Origin: Octopus bimaculoides
Lineage: Eukaryota
Assembly (NCBI RefSeq): GCF_001194135.2
Contig: NC_068987.1
Location: 72,180,991-72,244,990 of the forward strand
Reading direction: 5' to 3'
Length of the DNA stretch: 64,000 nt
Shown here: in pieces, positions 51,168 through 64,000 of the stretch
How the letters are laid out: every line of letters starts with the position of its first letter
Numbering within the stretch: position 1 is the first letter of the stretch
Notes under the pieces: generated by a model
Told to the model about the DNA's origin: nothing
The model's database searches: none
Seen by the model: only the letters and a program-made list of their open reading frames with translations
Translations under genes and position numbers: made by a program

Positions 51168-53666
51168 TATTATTTAGAAACTGTAGCATAACTGCGTTAT
51201 TCAATGTTCCTTATGTTAAAACAGTAATGTTGTTTGAGAAGATTTACCTGCTATTTCTAGCAGGTTGAAGAACTACGTGGACGCTCCGTCGTTGACTGGT
51301 CATATATAAAATAACGAGGATAGATAAATAGTGACACATTCAATATGGTAATACGAATATGTATTCGTATATGTAATTAAGTGAGACCTTATGCCTGTCA
51401 CCAAGAAATCAATATTGCCATATGGTGAAAGGGGCGTAGAACAGGAAAGGTCAAAGTTCATTCATTCACTGAATGATTTGTGTATGTAATTTAAGGTGCT
51501 GTTGTTTCTTCGCTGTCCTTTGACCTACTGTTATACATTTAACTGTATCGATTGTCAAAACCGATATGATTGGTTGTTTGAAGATTTTTAAATCCAATGA
51601 AATTAGATGTATTTACGATCTCCTCTAAACTTGTAAATTGCATCTACAATAGAATAGAATGCAGGTTAGAAAACTACGGAAGCTGCAACTAGTCATTAAG
51701 TAGCTATTAATGTAATATGTTAGACGTCGATGAGAGACCGTTTATAAAGTCAAGAGGAAATAAATAATCCATTATAATTAGTAGTCCTGTACAATCTGAA
51801 TTTTTTTTTACAACAGAAAGAATTATTTATAATGTATCAACATAAGATATTAAGACATGATGTAAATATATTATTTACAAATAAGCGTTCGTTAATCAAA
51901 TCTGAATGTGAATTGAATAGCGGGAACATTTAAAAAAAATTTTTTTTTTAATAAATGTTGTAGATTTATTGAGTGGGTGTAATAGAGAAGGATGTGGCTT
52001 TATACCTGATCTTGAGCGGCTAAAATGTACCTGACCCTCCATCATATTTTTTATTACATCTGGTTGATTTATTGACTTTATAGAAATGCTAAGATCATTT
52101 TATAACAGGAATGTTTGTGTGTGTGTGCTGATGACGCCTGCTATGGCTGAAGCATGTCCTCAACTGTCTTCTTGTCTGTAGACAATCAAATTGTCTTCTT
52201 AGCATCGTATCAAAATTGAAGCATTTTTTTGGTCTTGAGATTATCTCCCCTCGTTATTTTGATTTGATCGCAGTTGTCATAAAGCCTACGTTTATTTTCC
52301 TCAGAAACAGAAAATAATTTCAATAAATGAAGAATTTATCTTGTATAGTTTTGTGTGTTGTGTACTGCCACTTGTCACCTCTTTTCTGGGCCACTCCTAT
52401 TTCTTTCACCTTCCACCCAACTCAACTGATATTCACCATCAACCACACCTTCACTTTTGTTCATCATTCACTATATTCACCCTTGTGAAAGCATATGGCT
52501 AAGTGATTAGGCTATGACACTCACGATCGTGGTTTCAATTCCTGAACCAGGTGGTGCATTGTATTTTGAGGAAAGCACTTCACCTCACATTGCTCTATGA
52601 TCACTCCAACACTGCACCTATTCAAGCAATGTCGATTTGATGGAGGGAGTAAGCTACTGTACAGTACACACATTTGATCACTATAAACAAAGCATTTGCA
52701 CAGAGTCAACATTAAATTGCAGAATCATCTTTCTCGGGGTGATCTCAGATTAGTATCAAAAGGATTAAGCAGGAATCAAGACTGTCACATATTGTTTCAT
52801 GTGAAGTTTGTGAAGCCCATGAGAGAATCTGTATGTGGTTGATCTATCTGACAGAAACACCAACCATCTTAATCTCCCTCCAACCACAGTCCTATTTACA
52901 TTTTACTTGAAAAAAATGCTGGATGGTCATGTTGGAAACATCATCATCATTTAGCATCTGTTTTCCATGCTGGTATGGGTTAGATGGTTTGATTGGAACT
53001 AGTAAGTCAGAGGGCCATACCAGGCTCCAGTTTGGTTTGGCTTGGTTTCAACAGGTGGATGCCCTTCCTAACACCAAGCACTCCAAGAGTGTAGTGGGTG
53101 TCTTTTACAGGTCACTGGCACAGGTGCCTTATACGTGTCACTGGCATAGGTACCTTGTATGTGTCACCAGCATAAGTACCTTTACATGTCACCAGCACAG
53201 GCCACAACTATGATTTCACTTGTCTTGATATGTCTTCTCAAGCACAGCAAATCGCCAAAAGTTTCAATCACTTGTCATTGCCTCTTATAGATTTGTTGAA
53301 TCAGAGTTGACCAAGGCTTATACAACAAGAATTCTTTTTAATTCTGACACAAGGCCTGCAATTTGAAGGGGAAGAAGAAAGCCAATTACGTTGACCCCAG
53401 TACTTGATTGCTACTTTAGTTTATTGATCCCTGAGGAATAAAAGACAAACTTTACCCTGGTGGAATTTGAATTTACAATATAAAAAGTTGGGAGAAATGC
53501 CAAAAAGCATTTTTGTCCAACATACCAAAAATTCTGCCAGCATACAGCCTTAGATTGTACATCAATAACAACAATGAAAATGGCAGTGATGTCAACTGGA
53601 AGTTTGCCTTTTGCTCTACAAAACTAGCTATGTAATGATTAATGAATTACTTAAATGATGTCTTAA

Positions 53667-53890
53667 CTCTTTAGCATTCAGATTACTCTATCAAATTATT
53701 CACTTATTTATTCAAATATTGTTTTAAACTAATCATACATTTTATCTCATAGCTTTGAGATTTTGATGATGTAATCATTTAATTTTAGAATGACATTGTA
53801 GGGTAAGTATGAAAGGTTGAATCCAGTCAGTTTGAGCATATAACAGGTAGAATATTTTGACCTGATATGGTTGCTTTAAATGATAAAAGA
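53667..53890. mobile_element. piggyBac-type MITE, opposite orientation
   Basis: TTAA at both ends; reverse complement of the 20832 family. Confidence 0.75.
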
Positions 53891-56650
53891 TTAATGGCAC
53901 TATTCTTTCTAATTTTTGTTGTTAATCATAATGCTATAGACCTTGTTATATAAAACATAACATTACATGTGAAATATGATACATAATATAAAAATATAAT
54001 TTCTTCATTAAAAACAATATGAAAAGAAAACATTATTCTTTTAACAAATTTATTAATCGTCTATGGCAGTTATTGATCAGTTACATCAGTCCCAACACCT
54101 ACATCAAAAAGCTAAAAATTTGGAATGTAAAATCACAAAACATACTTAACCTTCATTTAATCAAAAATCATTAGGATTCTCACTGAGTAACCAAAATTGA
54201 ATCATGCAGCAATTCATTACATTTCTCAATATTCTTTACTCACTCTCACACACATATACACACGTGTGTGTGTGTGTGTGTGTGCAACTCTCTCTCTCTT
54301 TCTCACTCTCTGTGTGTATGTAAGATATTTAAGAAGATATGTCTGTTTGATGAAACCTCATTATATTTAAAACAATATTTTATTATTCTTGTAAAACCGT
54401 TTTTTTTTTAATAGTGTAGAAACAGCTGTAATTTACTAGATGTGTCATTTGTTTGTATAAAATAATAAAATTGAATTGAATTTATCATTTAATGATTAAA
54501 TTATTTAATTGTTCAATTTATTATTTTGGTTTCCATTGTAACATTCTCTGTTTTTTTTTCCGTCCTTGTTTTCATATGCATTCACTGCTTTCATCTAAGG
54601 AAAAACTTCTTAGCTTAGTTTTTCCTTGGGGCTGGCCAGATTGGAATATAACCAGCCAAAACTGCAAAGATAATCTGGAACTCAACTGAGGAAAGAAAAC
54701 TCCGAATTTCTACTCTATTCCTTTCTCTTGCTAACTATGCTTTCACAAACAATCACCTCCACTTCTTCCTTGGTCACTTAGTTAATAGCAGTTGTCAATT
54801 ATTTGAATACAAATGAGATTAAACTTGAATGTGGGCAGGATCTGTATGAAGATGAAGTGAAGATATTACTTTTTAATCACAGACCAAACCATATAGTATT
54901 TAGTGGAGAGAGAATCTTTCCTTCTAAAATGCAGACAGAACCATGTAGTGTGTACTTTATACTAGCTAAATGTAGGCAAACATATTTAGTAGTAACCCGA
55001 ATATAATTTTTAATCAATTGAAATTATACCCATTATGAAAAAGAGCCATTAGTGCTAATGACAATTAATTTTAAAGGTGACAAGGGAAAAACTTTGCTAC
55101 TTAAACTGACTCAAAATTAAATTGAGATATGGAGTGGATGAATGAGTTTGATCATTAATAACTATGTTAACAATTCTGGACATATTTCAACTTTATTACA
55201 CCTTTTTAGTGAAACTTAAGCACCAGACCACAGAATGACTTAAAGAATTTATATCAAACACAAGCAACTTTTTTGAGGAGTGGGCTGCATGAGACATGAT
55301 TCAAGTCACACTACTGAAACAATTCAAGGTCATCCTGCAGGTCACAGTTTGTCCCTGAAGAGTTTATAGTTTTGGTGTGAAAATAATTTGCTAGTTATGT
55401 ACATTTGAAATAAATATCAGATTCAGTTCACCAATTTCCTCATCTCTCCATGCCATACAAACTTATTGAAATTCACTATTATTACTGCTATAAAAAAAAA
55501 AAAAGATAAAATTAAAATGGAGTAGTTTTGCTGAAGCATTATGTTAAAAAGATCTATTGTGTAAACCTGGAATGATGCAAGAAGGTACAAAGTAAACTAT
55601 AAAAGGAAAAGGAAAACAAAGCAAAACAAAATTGCAATTTTTACCTAGTGTTTCTATATTTCGCGGTTATGACCCATTCTTTAGGACATTTGGAAAAAGT
55701 AAGGGATGGAAGTGTGGCTGAATGGTTAAGAAGTTTGCTTCTCAACCTATGGTTTTGAGTTCAGTCCCACTGTGTGACACCTCTGGCAAGTGTCTTCTAC
55801 TATAGCCCTTGGCCAATCAAAGCCTTTTGAATGGATTTGGTAGACAGGAACTGAAAGAAGCCTGTGATTGTATGTATGTATGTATGTATATGTGTGTGTG
55901 TGTGTGTGTGAATGTGTGTATGTGTATGCATGCTTGTGTTTCCTTGTATTGGCATTGGGTGATTGTGGTCAATGAAAGTCATTTCTTTCCAATATTCTGG
56001 GAAAATGTTTGACCATGGGGAAATATTAACCTTGCTTGGAAACAGGTAAGGGTTGGTGACAGGCAAAGCATCTGGCCACAGAAAATTTACCTCAACAAAC
56101 TCTGTCCAATCCATATAAGTAGGAAAAGTGGACATCAAAACAATAATGATAATGATAATGATAATGATTATTGATGTAGTTGAAGGTATGTTATGTTTAA
56201 GGAAGAGGACAGCCAATTCAGCAACCAAAACCAACACTATACCATGATGGGTATGGTCCACAGACTGAGAAGTAAAAATGGTAAAAAAAAAAAAAAAAGC
56301 AGCAGCAGTCATTATTTTTAATCTGAACAGTCAGCTTGACTACAGCAAAGGTAATGGCATTCAGACTGTTTCTTCTTTACCATCATCCATATCAGTCATC
56401 AATACCATTATTATCAGTGCAAAAGTATATTTCATTAACCCTGTTATGTTATCAAAGTCTGGATCTTGTATAACATTTCTTGTATTATATTCTTTTAATC
56501 ATCTTCAGGAACCTCAATTGAGTCACTATGTGGAAACCGGTTCTGTTGTACGCCAGAATAGGAAGACACTGTGTGAGAGTAGTCAGCTATCTTGGATGGG
56601 GAGTATTTACTAAATATTCCCCTTCCAAGAATATTTTACAAGTTTAAGAG

Positions 56651-56822
56651 TAAAGAGTATTCAATATTTTGTGAGTTTGTGAGCAAAGTGTATCCGATAT
56701 CGTGTGTTGAGAACAACGTCTGTTGCATATTTCGTACGTTTTAGAGCAAAGAGTGCCAAATATCTTGTGCGTTTGAGAGCAAAAAGTGTGTTCAATATTT
56801 TGTGAAGTTGAGAGCAAAAATG
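56651..56822. repeat. Diverged ~33 bp minisatellite, about 5 units
   Basis: Recurring ATAT..TGTG..TTGAGAGCAAA unit. Confidence 0.7.
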
Positions 56823-57059
56823 GGTCAGCAAAATGTACAACAGACAAACGTTGATCTTTCTCGCAGTAAATTCCGACAAGCCAACCATTTAAGTAAAACA
56901 TATTTTAAAAATAAAATTCCAAAAGAATGCAAAATTAAACGAGACACGAGAAACACAATCGTAATAAATAAGTAAAAAATACCGCAGTGATATCGAAATC
57001 TTGCTTCAATTCATATTTTAAAGCAAATCGTGTCTTCCATAGCATTAAACTGCTGACTG

Positions 57060-57693
57060 TTGTAGTCAGGGTGGCGCGTTGTCAGATGTAGCGTTGAGGA
57101 AGAGGTAATGGCTGCGTCTGGTTATCTTTCGGGCACCTAACTGCTCGTGCTTCACTATATTTACTTTTGTGCTAAACATTTTATCCATCTTTTATTCCTT
57201 TCTTGGCTTCAGTCTGATTCATTATCCTCTTTTGTTTTTTTTTAGCAATTTCTTTTATGCTTTCTCTTCCGTTATCAACTCATTCCTTCCCCTACTATTT
57301 TCTCCCTTACATGCTCCCATATTATATGTGGGAATTTTGTTATTTTTCGCTTGCATTCCAACAACAGTCCTCAATAAAAACTGCTGCTACACTTCCAGTT
57401 GGGTGTCATCAGCGATGACCCGGGTACATACGCCCGGCATTGGCCCCTAAATAATAGCTCACACACACCACAACAAACATAGCCATTAACATCAACAACC
57501 TTACGTCACCCTGGAAGGAAGCAGAAGTGTACAAGGGAGAAAGAGAAAAAGGTGGAAAGGGAAGGAAAAGGTTTGTTTTGGTGGTGGTGTTGTTATTGTT
57601 ACTACTGCTGTCGTCTCCACCTCTTCAACAAAAAAAAAATAATAAATAAACAAACTAAAACCAAAAATTTGGTCAAAATAACACAAGAGTAAA
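57060..57693 (+). promoter_or_regulatory. Putative FAM91A1 promoter / 5' UTR
   Basis: CpG-retaining patches at 57060-57150 and 57410-57450, CRE-like TTACGTCA at ~57501-57508, upstream of the ATG. Confidence 0.45.
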
Positions 57694-57765
57694 ATGAGCA
57701 GCGACGTCGAGGATCATATTCGTCAGAATACACCATGGTCGAAACTACCAGGACTAGTAAAGCAG
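57694..57765 (+). CDS. FAM91A1: FAM91A1 first coding exon (MSSDVEDHIRQNTPWSKLPGLVKQ); gene continues beyond the window
   Basis: aaaATG and phase-0 GTAAGA donor. Closely matches the vertebrate FAM91A1 N-terminus as recalled (MNIDVEFHIRHNYPWNKLPANVRQ). I found no exon 2 before the window end. Confidence 0.85.
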
Positions 57766-58309
57766 GTAAGAATAACTATAAATCATTTCTTTTTTTTCTA
57801 CATGTCAGTTACGAAAAGGGACAACACAATCAATATATATTGACGCCTCCTCCTTGCCATCACACAACCTATCCAATAATCTCCTTTGATGCTGTGTGCT
57901 ACTGTTTGTCTGTATAGAATATGACTTCTCTCAAGAATTGTCACATTGTGATACATACACTGATTCTATGTTTATACATAATGTAATTTATATTGTGCAG
58001 CACACACACGCATGCATTTTTATTTATATACATACGCTCTACATCGTGTATTAGCCGTTTTATTGAGATATCTTCTCGACCTCCATTATATACATATATA
58101 TAAATCCACACATATAAATTGGCAATGCACAGGAAAACAAGGGATTTGGTGTGCAGACAGGTGCCCACCAGGAATCAGTTCTCAGCCTCCTCCTTTTTAT
58201 TATAGTTCTCAGCCCATAACAGGTTGCTTAAGACTGGCTACTTGTTGCAATTTCTGCATACCTATAATCCAAATATTATATCAGATCCTATCAAGAAAAA
58301 TTTGAAGAT

Positions 58310-59150
58310 AGCCAAGACAAAAGCTGTAGTTAGCAGGAACAAAGACAGGACTCTACTGCCATCTGAGAGGTGGCCATGCTCAGTATGAGAGAAAAGAACT
58401 GGTAGGTAGGAACTCTGTAACTTGTGCTCAGTGTAAACTATGGGTGCACAAGGCATGCAGTAGGATTGCATGCAGGCTAACAGAAAAAGGACTTTGTATG
58501 TTGCAGATGCCTAAGTATAATGTACCAGTAGGAACATCTATAAAATAAATTCTTTCAGATGTGTAGAGGCCTCCCCGAGAATTGATGGCTCCTATTACCT
58601 AAGTGTCCAAAGTAGCAGCAGAGCAGGCCGTTCTGAAAACATAGTAGCCCAAGTAAAAACGGGTCGGGTAGCTATTACCCCTGCTGGTAACAAAGGGTCT
58701 TTTTCCTCTCTCCAAGTGAAGAGTATATTGTCTGATGTGTGTGTATGGAGTGTGATGTTGTGTGGTTAATGAAACAGGAGCATCGAATGTGGAGGGTGGA
58801 TGCATGGAGAGCTGGATAGAAATTATGTATGTTCTGCTGGGTGTGTAATGTTAGTGAATGAGAAGGTACATATGATGAGTCTAAGAAGAATCAGGTATAG
58901 TGTGTTAGAGAAATGACAGCTGAAAGAGACATGTGATGTGTATGGAGGATGGCAGTTGGGGAAAGGAAGTGCCAAGGAATCCAAGTGGAAGGAACTTATG
59001 GAAGAGAAAAACTGGTGGTGAAGGCTAATCCCAGGAAGTTAAACCTCACAAAAGAGATAACAAAGGACTGCAACAAGTGGCAACACACTGTTTTGGAGAA
59101 CACCCAGTCGACTTTGGCAAGCATGGAAAAAAAGGGATCTAAAATGATGA
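58310..59150 (+). mobile_element. Degenerate RTE LINE relic
   Basis: Cys-rich GRNSVTCAQCKLWVHKACS segment followed by decayed C-terminal RTE motifs. Confidence 0.65.
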
Positions 59151-59319
59151 TAACTAGATATGGCAAAATATATACCTATACACACACATAGCACCACACA
59201 CACACACACACACACACAACATTATATAACGTACATACACACGCACTCACACATATATATAAAAGAGTGTGTCAGGCCAGCATGGAAGGTGGATGTTAAA
59301 AGATGACGGTGATGATTTT

Positions 59320-59530
59320 ATATATATAGATATAGTAAATCCCCGAAAAGGAGAATAAACACAAAAAAACAATGCGAGAACACTGTATATGTAAAATATT
59401 AGCAGGCGCTCAGGGAAGGAAAGAAAGATGGTCTAACGTTTCGAGCAATGCTCTTCTTCAGAAACAGAGGAAAGTCCAAGAGAAAAGGAAGACAGAGGAA
59501 GAAAATTGCCAAAGACTCACATGTGGTTAT
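59320..59530 (-). mobile_element. Short hammerhead-bearing repeat, same family as 47430-47820
   Basis: Shared 3' sequence and architecture; ends in TA-repeat sequence. Confidence 0.55.
59431..59465 (-). ncRNA. Minimal type I hammerhead motif, core intact
   Basis: Minus strand reads GTTT-CTGAAGA-A-GAGC-ATT-GCTC-GAAAC-GTT-AGAC. Confidence 0.7.
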
Positions 59531-62050
59531 GGCGATCCATCATCAAACAATGGATCTCCATTGTTTGACAAAGAGGATTCATCTGTTTGATGAACTGGAT
59601 AACCTGCTACGAAATTAATACGTAGATGGATGAGAGTTCCATAAACACATGTACCCTTAATGTGATTTTCAGTTACATGATGTGTGACAATATTGTACCT
59701 TTTGAATTACAAATACAATCCACTCAACAGACTCCTATGCAGTTTCCTTCTATCCATTTTCGGTCACAAGGTATGAGTTGATCCAAGGCTATAGAAAATG
59801 ACACTTGTCCAAAATGCTGTCTTGGGATTGAAACCAGGATCTTGATCATTTGGCTGTGCTGAACCTATATACATAATTAGCATTTTAAGCACTATAAAAT
59901 GTATCCACTGAATTTAAGAGATCAATTATTGACCTATTATATTGTTAAACTTCAATATATTATCGTTCTCTAATTTTGGCACAAGCCCAGCAATTTTGAG
60001 ATTAGTGGGCAAGTTGATTACATTGGCTCCAGTACCCAACTGGTACTTACTTTGTTGGCCCTGAAAGGATGAAAAGCAAAATCAACCTCAGCAACATTTG
60101 AACTCTGAATGTAATGGACTGGAAGAATTGCCACTAAGCATATCGTCCAGTGCTGTAACAATTCCACCAGCTTGCCACCTTCACTTCAATATATTATTAA
60201 AATGCAATAATCATAAGTAGAATAGATTTGCATATGTGTAAATTGACTGTTCAGAGTAGCAAATCTAGAATAGCAAAAAAGTAAAGATTTGACAGATGTT
60301 TTAAAATTTTATGCTAAGTTCTACAGCTGTTTCAGTGATTAGAATACAAACGTCATCATCGATATCATTATGCAATTAAGAGATTAAAAAATACATAATT
60401 GATTTAAATGTGATGGATAAACCATCAAATGACTGTAACAAGTAAAAAGAATAAAAGAATAAACCATTTCATCAGGAATTTCTCATAAAATGCAGGCATG
60501 GTTGAGAAGTTTGTCTCCCACCATGTAGTTTCAGGTTCAATCCCACTGTGTGACACCTTGGGCAAGTGTTTTCTACCATATATACATGAAGTGGGTGCTG
60601 TCCTAGTCTTCACATCACATGATCATTGTAAATGAACATCATTTATGTCCAATGGTCTGTGAAAAACATATCAAGCCATGGTGCTCCAGCATAGTTGCAG
60701 TTCTACGACTTTAACCACAAAATGACTATATAAGAATGGGAAAATATTACCATGCTTGAAAACAGTTGAGGGTTGGTTACAGGAAGGGCACCCAACTGTA
60801 GAAAATCTGCCTCAACAAATTCCATTTGACCCATTAAGAGAAGACCCTTATTCTGGCCAGGATAGATATAACCTCTCTGATTACTAGTGTCATGATAAAA
60901 TGCACCCTGTACAATATGTAAAGTGGTTGGCATTAGAAAGAGTATCCAGCTATAGAAACCACAGCAAAAATAGAATGTCTGGGTGATAGATGTCTCTGAT
61001 CCATTTACAAGTGCAGGAAATCTGTATAAAAAAAATTGACCCAGAGAGTGATATCCCATCTCATTCATCCTCATCAACATGGAAAACAGATTGGCGATGA
61101 AGATGATATCGTCGTACTCTCCCTAGATATATACATGCGTGAGTGATATATATATATGTGTGTGTGTGTGACTTAATGTAGCTTGATGAGTGTGTGTGTG
61201 CTTGTGTTTTGATTTCCATCTATAACTACCAAGCTGTGCATATAGAGGTGAAATGAATTGTCATGATATATTGGAAAACAAACTGCATGGATCATGAATA
61301 TGAATGCAGTGCAGGCATTTAACTGTCTGTAATCCTGTTAAAACCTACATGCCCCATTTCACCTATTTATAGAGGAAAATATCAGACCTTTGAGAAAGTA
61401 TGAGATTGTCAGTGACCTATCCAGGGAGAAAATTGTTGCAACATTCTTTTAACGGAATCACTTGTTGTGGGGGTCCCTTTATTCACTGTATATGCAACTA
61501 ATTGTAGCTTTGTGATATATATTTATATGTGTCCGCTTACTCAAGCTGTTGTGTCCGCTTACTCAGACAGACACGTACTTATGTGTCTGTATGTACATTC
61601 ATATCTGTATGTATGAATATATGAATGCATATGAATATGTGTACACACACACACACACACACACAAATCAACAATTAAAGTTTGGTTTTATTTAAATTAA
61701 AATCGTTTCGAGAATAATGATAATAACAGTTATAAACTAACAACAATGATCTTCATGATTTCTCATAAATTTGCCTTGCAGTTAATTATTGTGCAGGCCA
61801 AGGGTGAAATAAACTAGCCACTGTTGTCACGCAACTATTCCCATTTAACATCAACTCTATATTCTATTTGGGAACCCTTGTACAATTAGTGAGCTAATTA
61901 AAAATACCATAGCACACATTCATTCCGTGTGTGAGTGAGTGTAAGACAGACAGCAGGCTGAAGATAACCGACCTCTATTTAGAAAATTCAGTAATACACC
62001 GTGAAGATATAAACATTACCTCATTTATTTGTCATTATATATGCCCAAAA

Positions 62051-62084
<34 letters not shown>

Positions 62085-62101
62085 ATAGGTATGTATGTGT
62101 G

Positions 62102-62137
<36 letters not shown>

Positions 62138-64000
62138 TGTATGTATATATTATATTATAGCGCGTTGTTGTACGTGTAACTTGTTTAAAAGCATCGATTC
62201 TAACATCCATCGGATTTCATCGTCATTGTAATATTGTGAAGCCACAAAAACATGCATGTAGATCTATATAGACATGTGCATCTATTTTCCTGTCATGAAC
62301 ATATTTTGATACATACACACATTTGTATCAGTGTTTACGAAGGAATATTACAGATTCCATTCCCTTTTTTTTTTTTTCATTCGTGCTCTTCAAAACAGCA
62401 TCCTCATCTCTTGAACATACGTACATACATACGGTTTTATGTGTTATGTATTGATGGTTTGGCGGCTTGGCAAAAAAACTAAATCATACACATACATTTA
62501 CATACACGGCATACATGTGTAGGTGTAACTGTTTCTCCATTAATTACGAGTCTCTAATATAATAAATCTGTGAATGTGCATCACTACTCTCTTTCCACTT
62601 TTATTTTAGTCTTTCTCTTTAACTCTATTGAAATATCTCAGTTTCCCTCATCTTTCTTTCCTCTCTGTTTCTGCTACCTTTCTGTCCGTCTATTTACGTA
62701 TCTCTTTGTATTTATCTGCCAGTACTTCTGTGGCCTCGAAAGGGTTTTAAAAGCCAGTAAGTGCTTATATCTAGTCCCAAGCCATTTTAACAGATGATAG
62801 ATAGGATGTCAACCCCTTAGGTTAAGGTAACGTTCCCTACTGGTGTCACCTGGAAGCCAGGTGAACTGGAGGTAGAATTAGATGTTCTACCGAAGTACAT
62901 CATGAAATTACCTCCTTTAGAATTGAATTCAAGAACTGTGAACTAGTTTTTATACATATATACACTTATGTATTTTGTTTCTACACACACATTAATCAAA
63001 TCTTTGAAAGTCTTGCTCCAGCATGATCGTAGCCCAGTGACTGAAACCTGCAAAAGAATAAAAAGAACGTGTTCACACACGCAATCACATGCACATATAC
63101 ACGTACGCAAGCCTACCTGTCTATATATCTAAATACCTGCCTACTTACCTGTCTGTATATCAACTTCTCTATGTATCTATCTATTGTTTTCCCTCACGCA
63201 CACACACACACACATGTATGTATGTGCAGATAGATATACGCATACGAACATGCAGAAATACATTCACTCATATACATGCACACAAATCTACCTGTCCTTA
63301 TATCTAACTACCTACTTACCTACCTGTCTGTCTATCTAACTCCCTATTGGTTTCCCCTCACATGTATACACACATGTGTGAGTGTGTGTGTATAAATATA
63401 TATATATATATATATATATAAAAGCATGCACACCCACTCACATGCGCGCATATAAATACAGAGCGAGAGAGATATATATTTGTCTTCATATCTGTCTTAG
63501 CTTTATTCTCAACATAGCTACCTGTCTGTCTATTTCATTGTGTCATTTGTCTTTTTGTCTGAATAACTTCCTATTTAAACGAGTATGTATATCAATTTAA
63601 TTAGGTGACTGGGGCTAAATTATGCTTGTTCGTATCTATCTCACATAGAATGATGCTTTCTTTTAACGGTTTCTACTGTTACAATCCACAATTACATGAT
63701 TAAACACTAACTGATCAAGAAAATAATCAAACTGAATAATAGGAAAAATACACGAAATATAAAAAAAAAAAGCAAAACCAAAAATGCATCCATCTCGTGA
63801 CTGATAGATGGTGAACGGGTTCTTGTTTCTAATACATAAACACATCAGCTGGCTGATGCTTTATTTGCACCAGACTTCCGAGAATCTTTAAATCTTTAGT
63901 GAAAGAGTATGACTTCAGTTTAAAGAATTTAATTCTGTCGGAGAAGAATAAATAAACCAATAGGAAAAAGGAAGCTTAAACACCAGGTGTAAAAAGATTT

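Noticed and set aside
54803-55006. 67-aa ORF in unique-looking intergenic DNA
   Set aside because: No recognisable homology or splice signals.
55800-56312. 170-aa minus-strand ORF
   Set aside because: Translation of a SINE plus microsatellites.
57395-57450. CTGATGA on the minus strand with nearby hairpins
   Set aside because: No GAAA after a paired stem II; more likely promoter CpG sequence.
1-64000. CRISPR array or prokaryotic systems
   Set aside because: Spliced eukaryotic genes; no repeat-spacer array with unique, regular spacers.

Overview
AT-rich, repeat-dense animal genomic DNA with three N gaps. The repeat families (tRNA-derived SINEs with microsatellite linkers, RTE LINE tails ending in (ATG)n, TTAA-flanked MITEs) suggest an octopus, but that is inference. 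The window holds one complete + strand gene, ORC1: 15 coding exons from 8477 to 45004, 2895 nt, 964 aa, with every splice phase checked by hand. Its architecture is BAH domain, long S/K/D-rich linker, AAA+ ATPase, winged helix. The window also holds the first coding exon of FAM91A1 (57694-57765). The rest is mostly transposon-derived: RTE LINE fragments, several SINE families, Tc1/mariner relics (one DD37D-type), and hAT- and piggyBac-type MITEs. The most notable unannotated signal is a set of type I hammerhead ribozyme motifs. Two lie in the arms of a ~435 bp palindrome upstream of ORC1 and have an unusual 54-nt loop II. Three minimal ones (one degenerate), with covarying stems, lie in short related repeats. 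Both arrangements fit termini of Penelope-like elements or retrozymes. All coordinates were counted by hand. Repeat boundaries are approximate unless a target-site duplication (TSD) is quoted.
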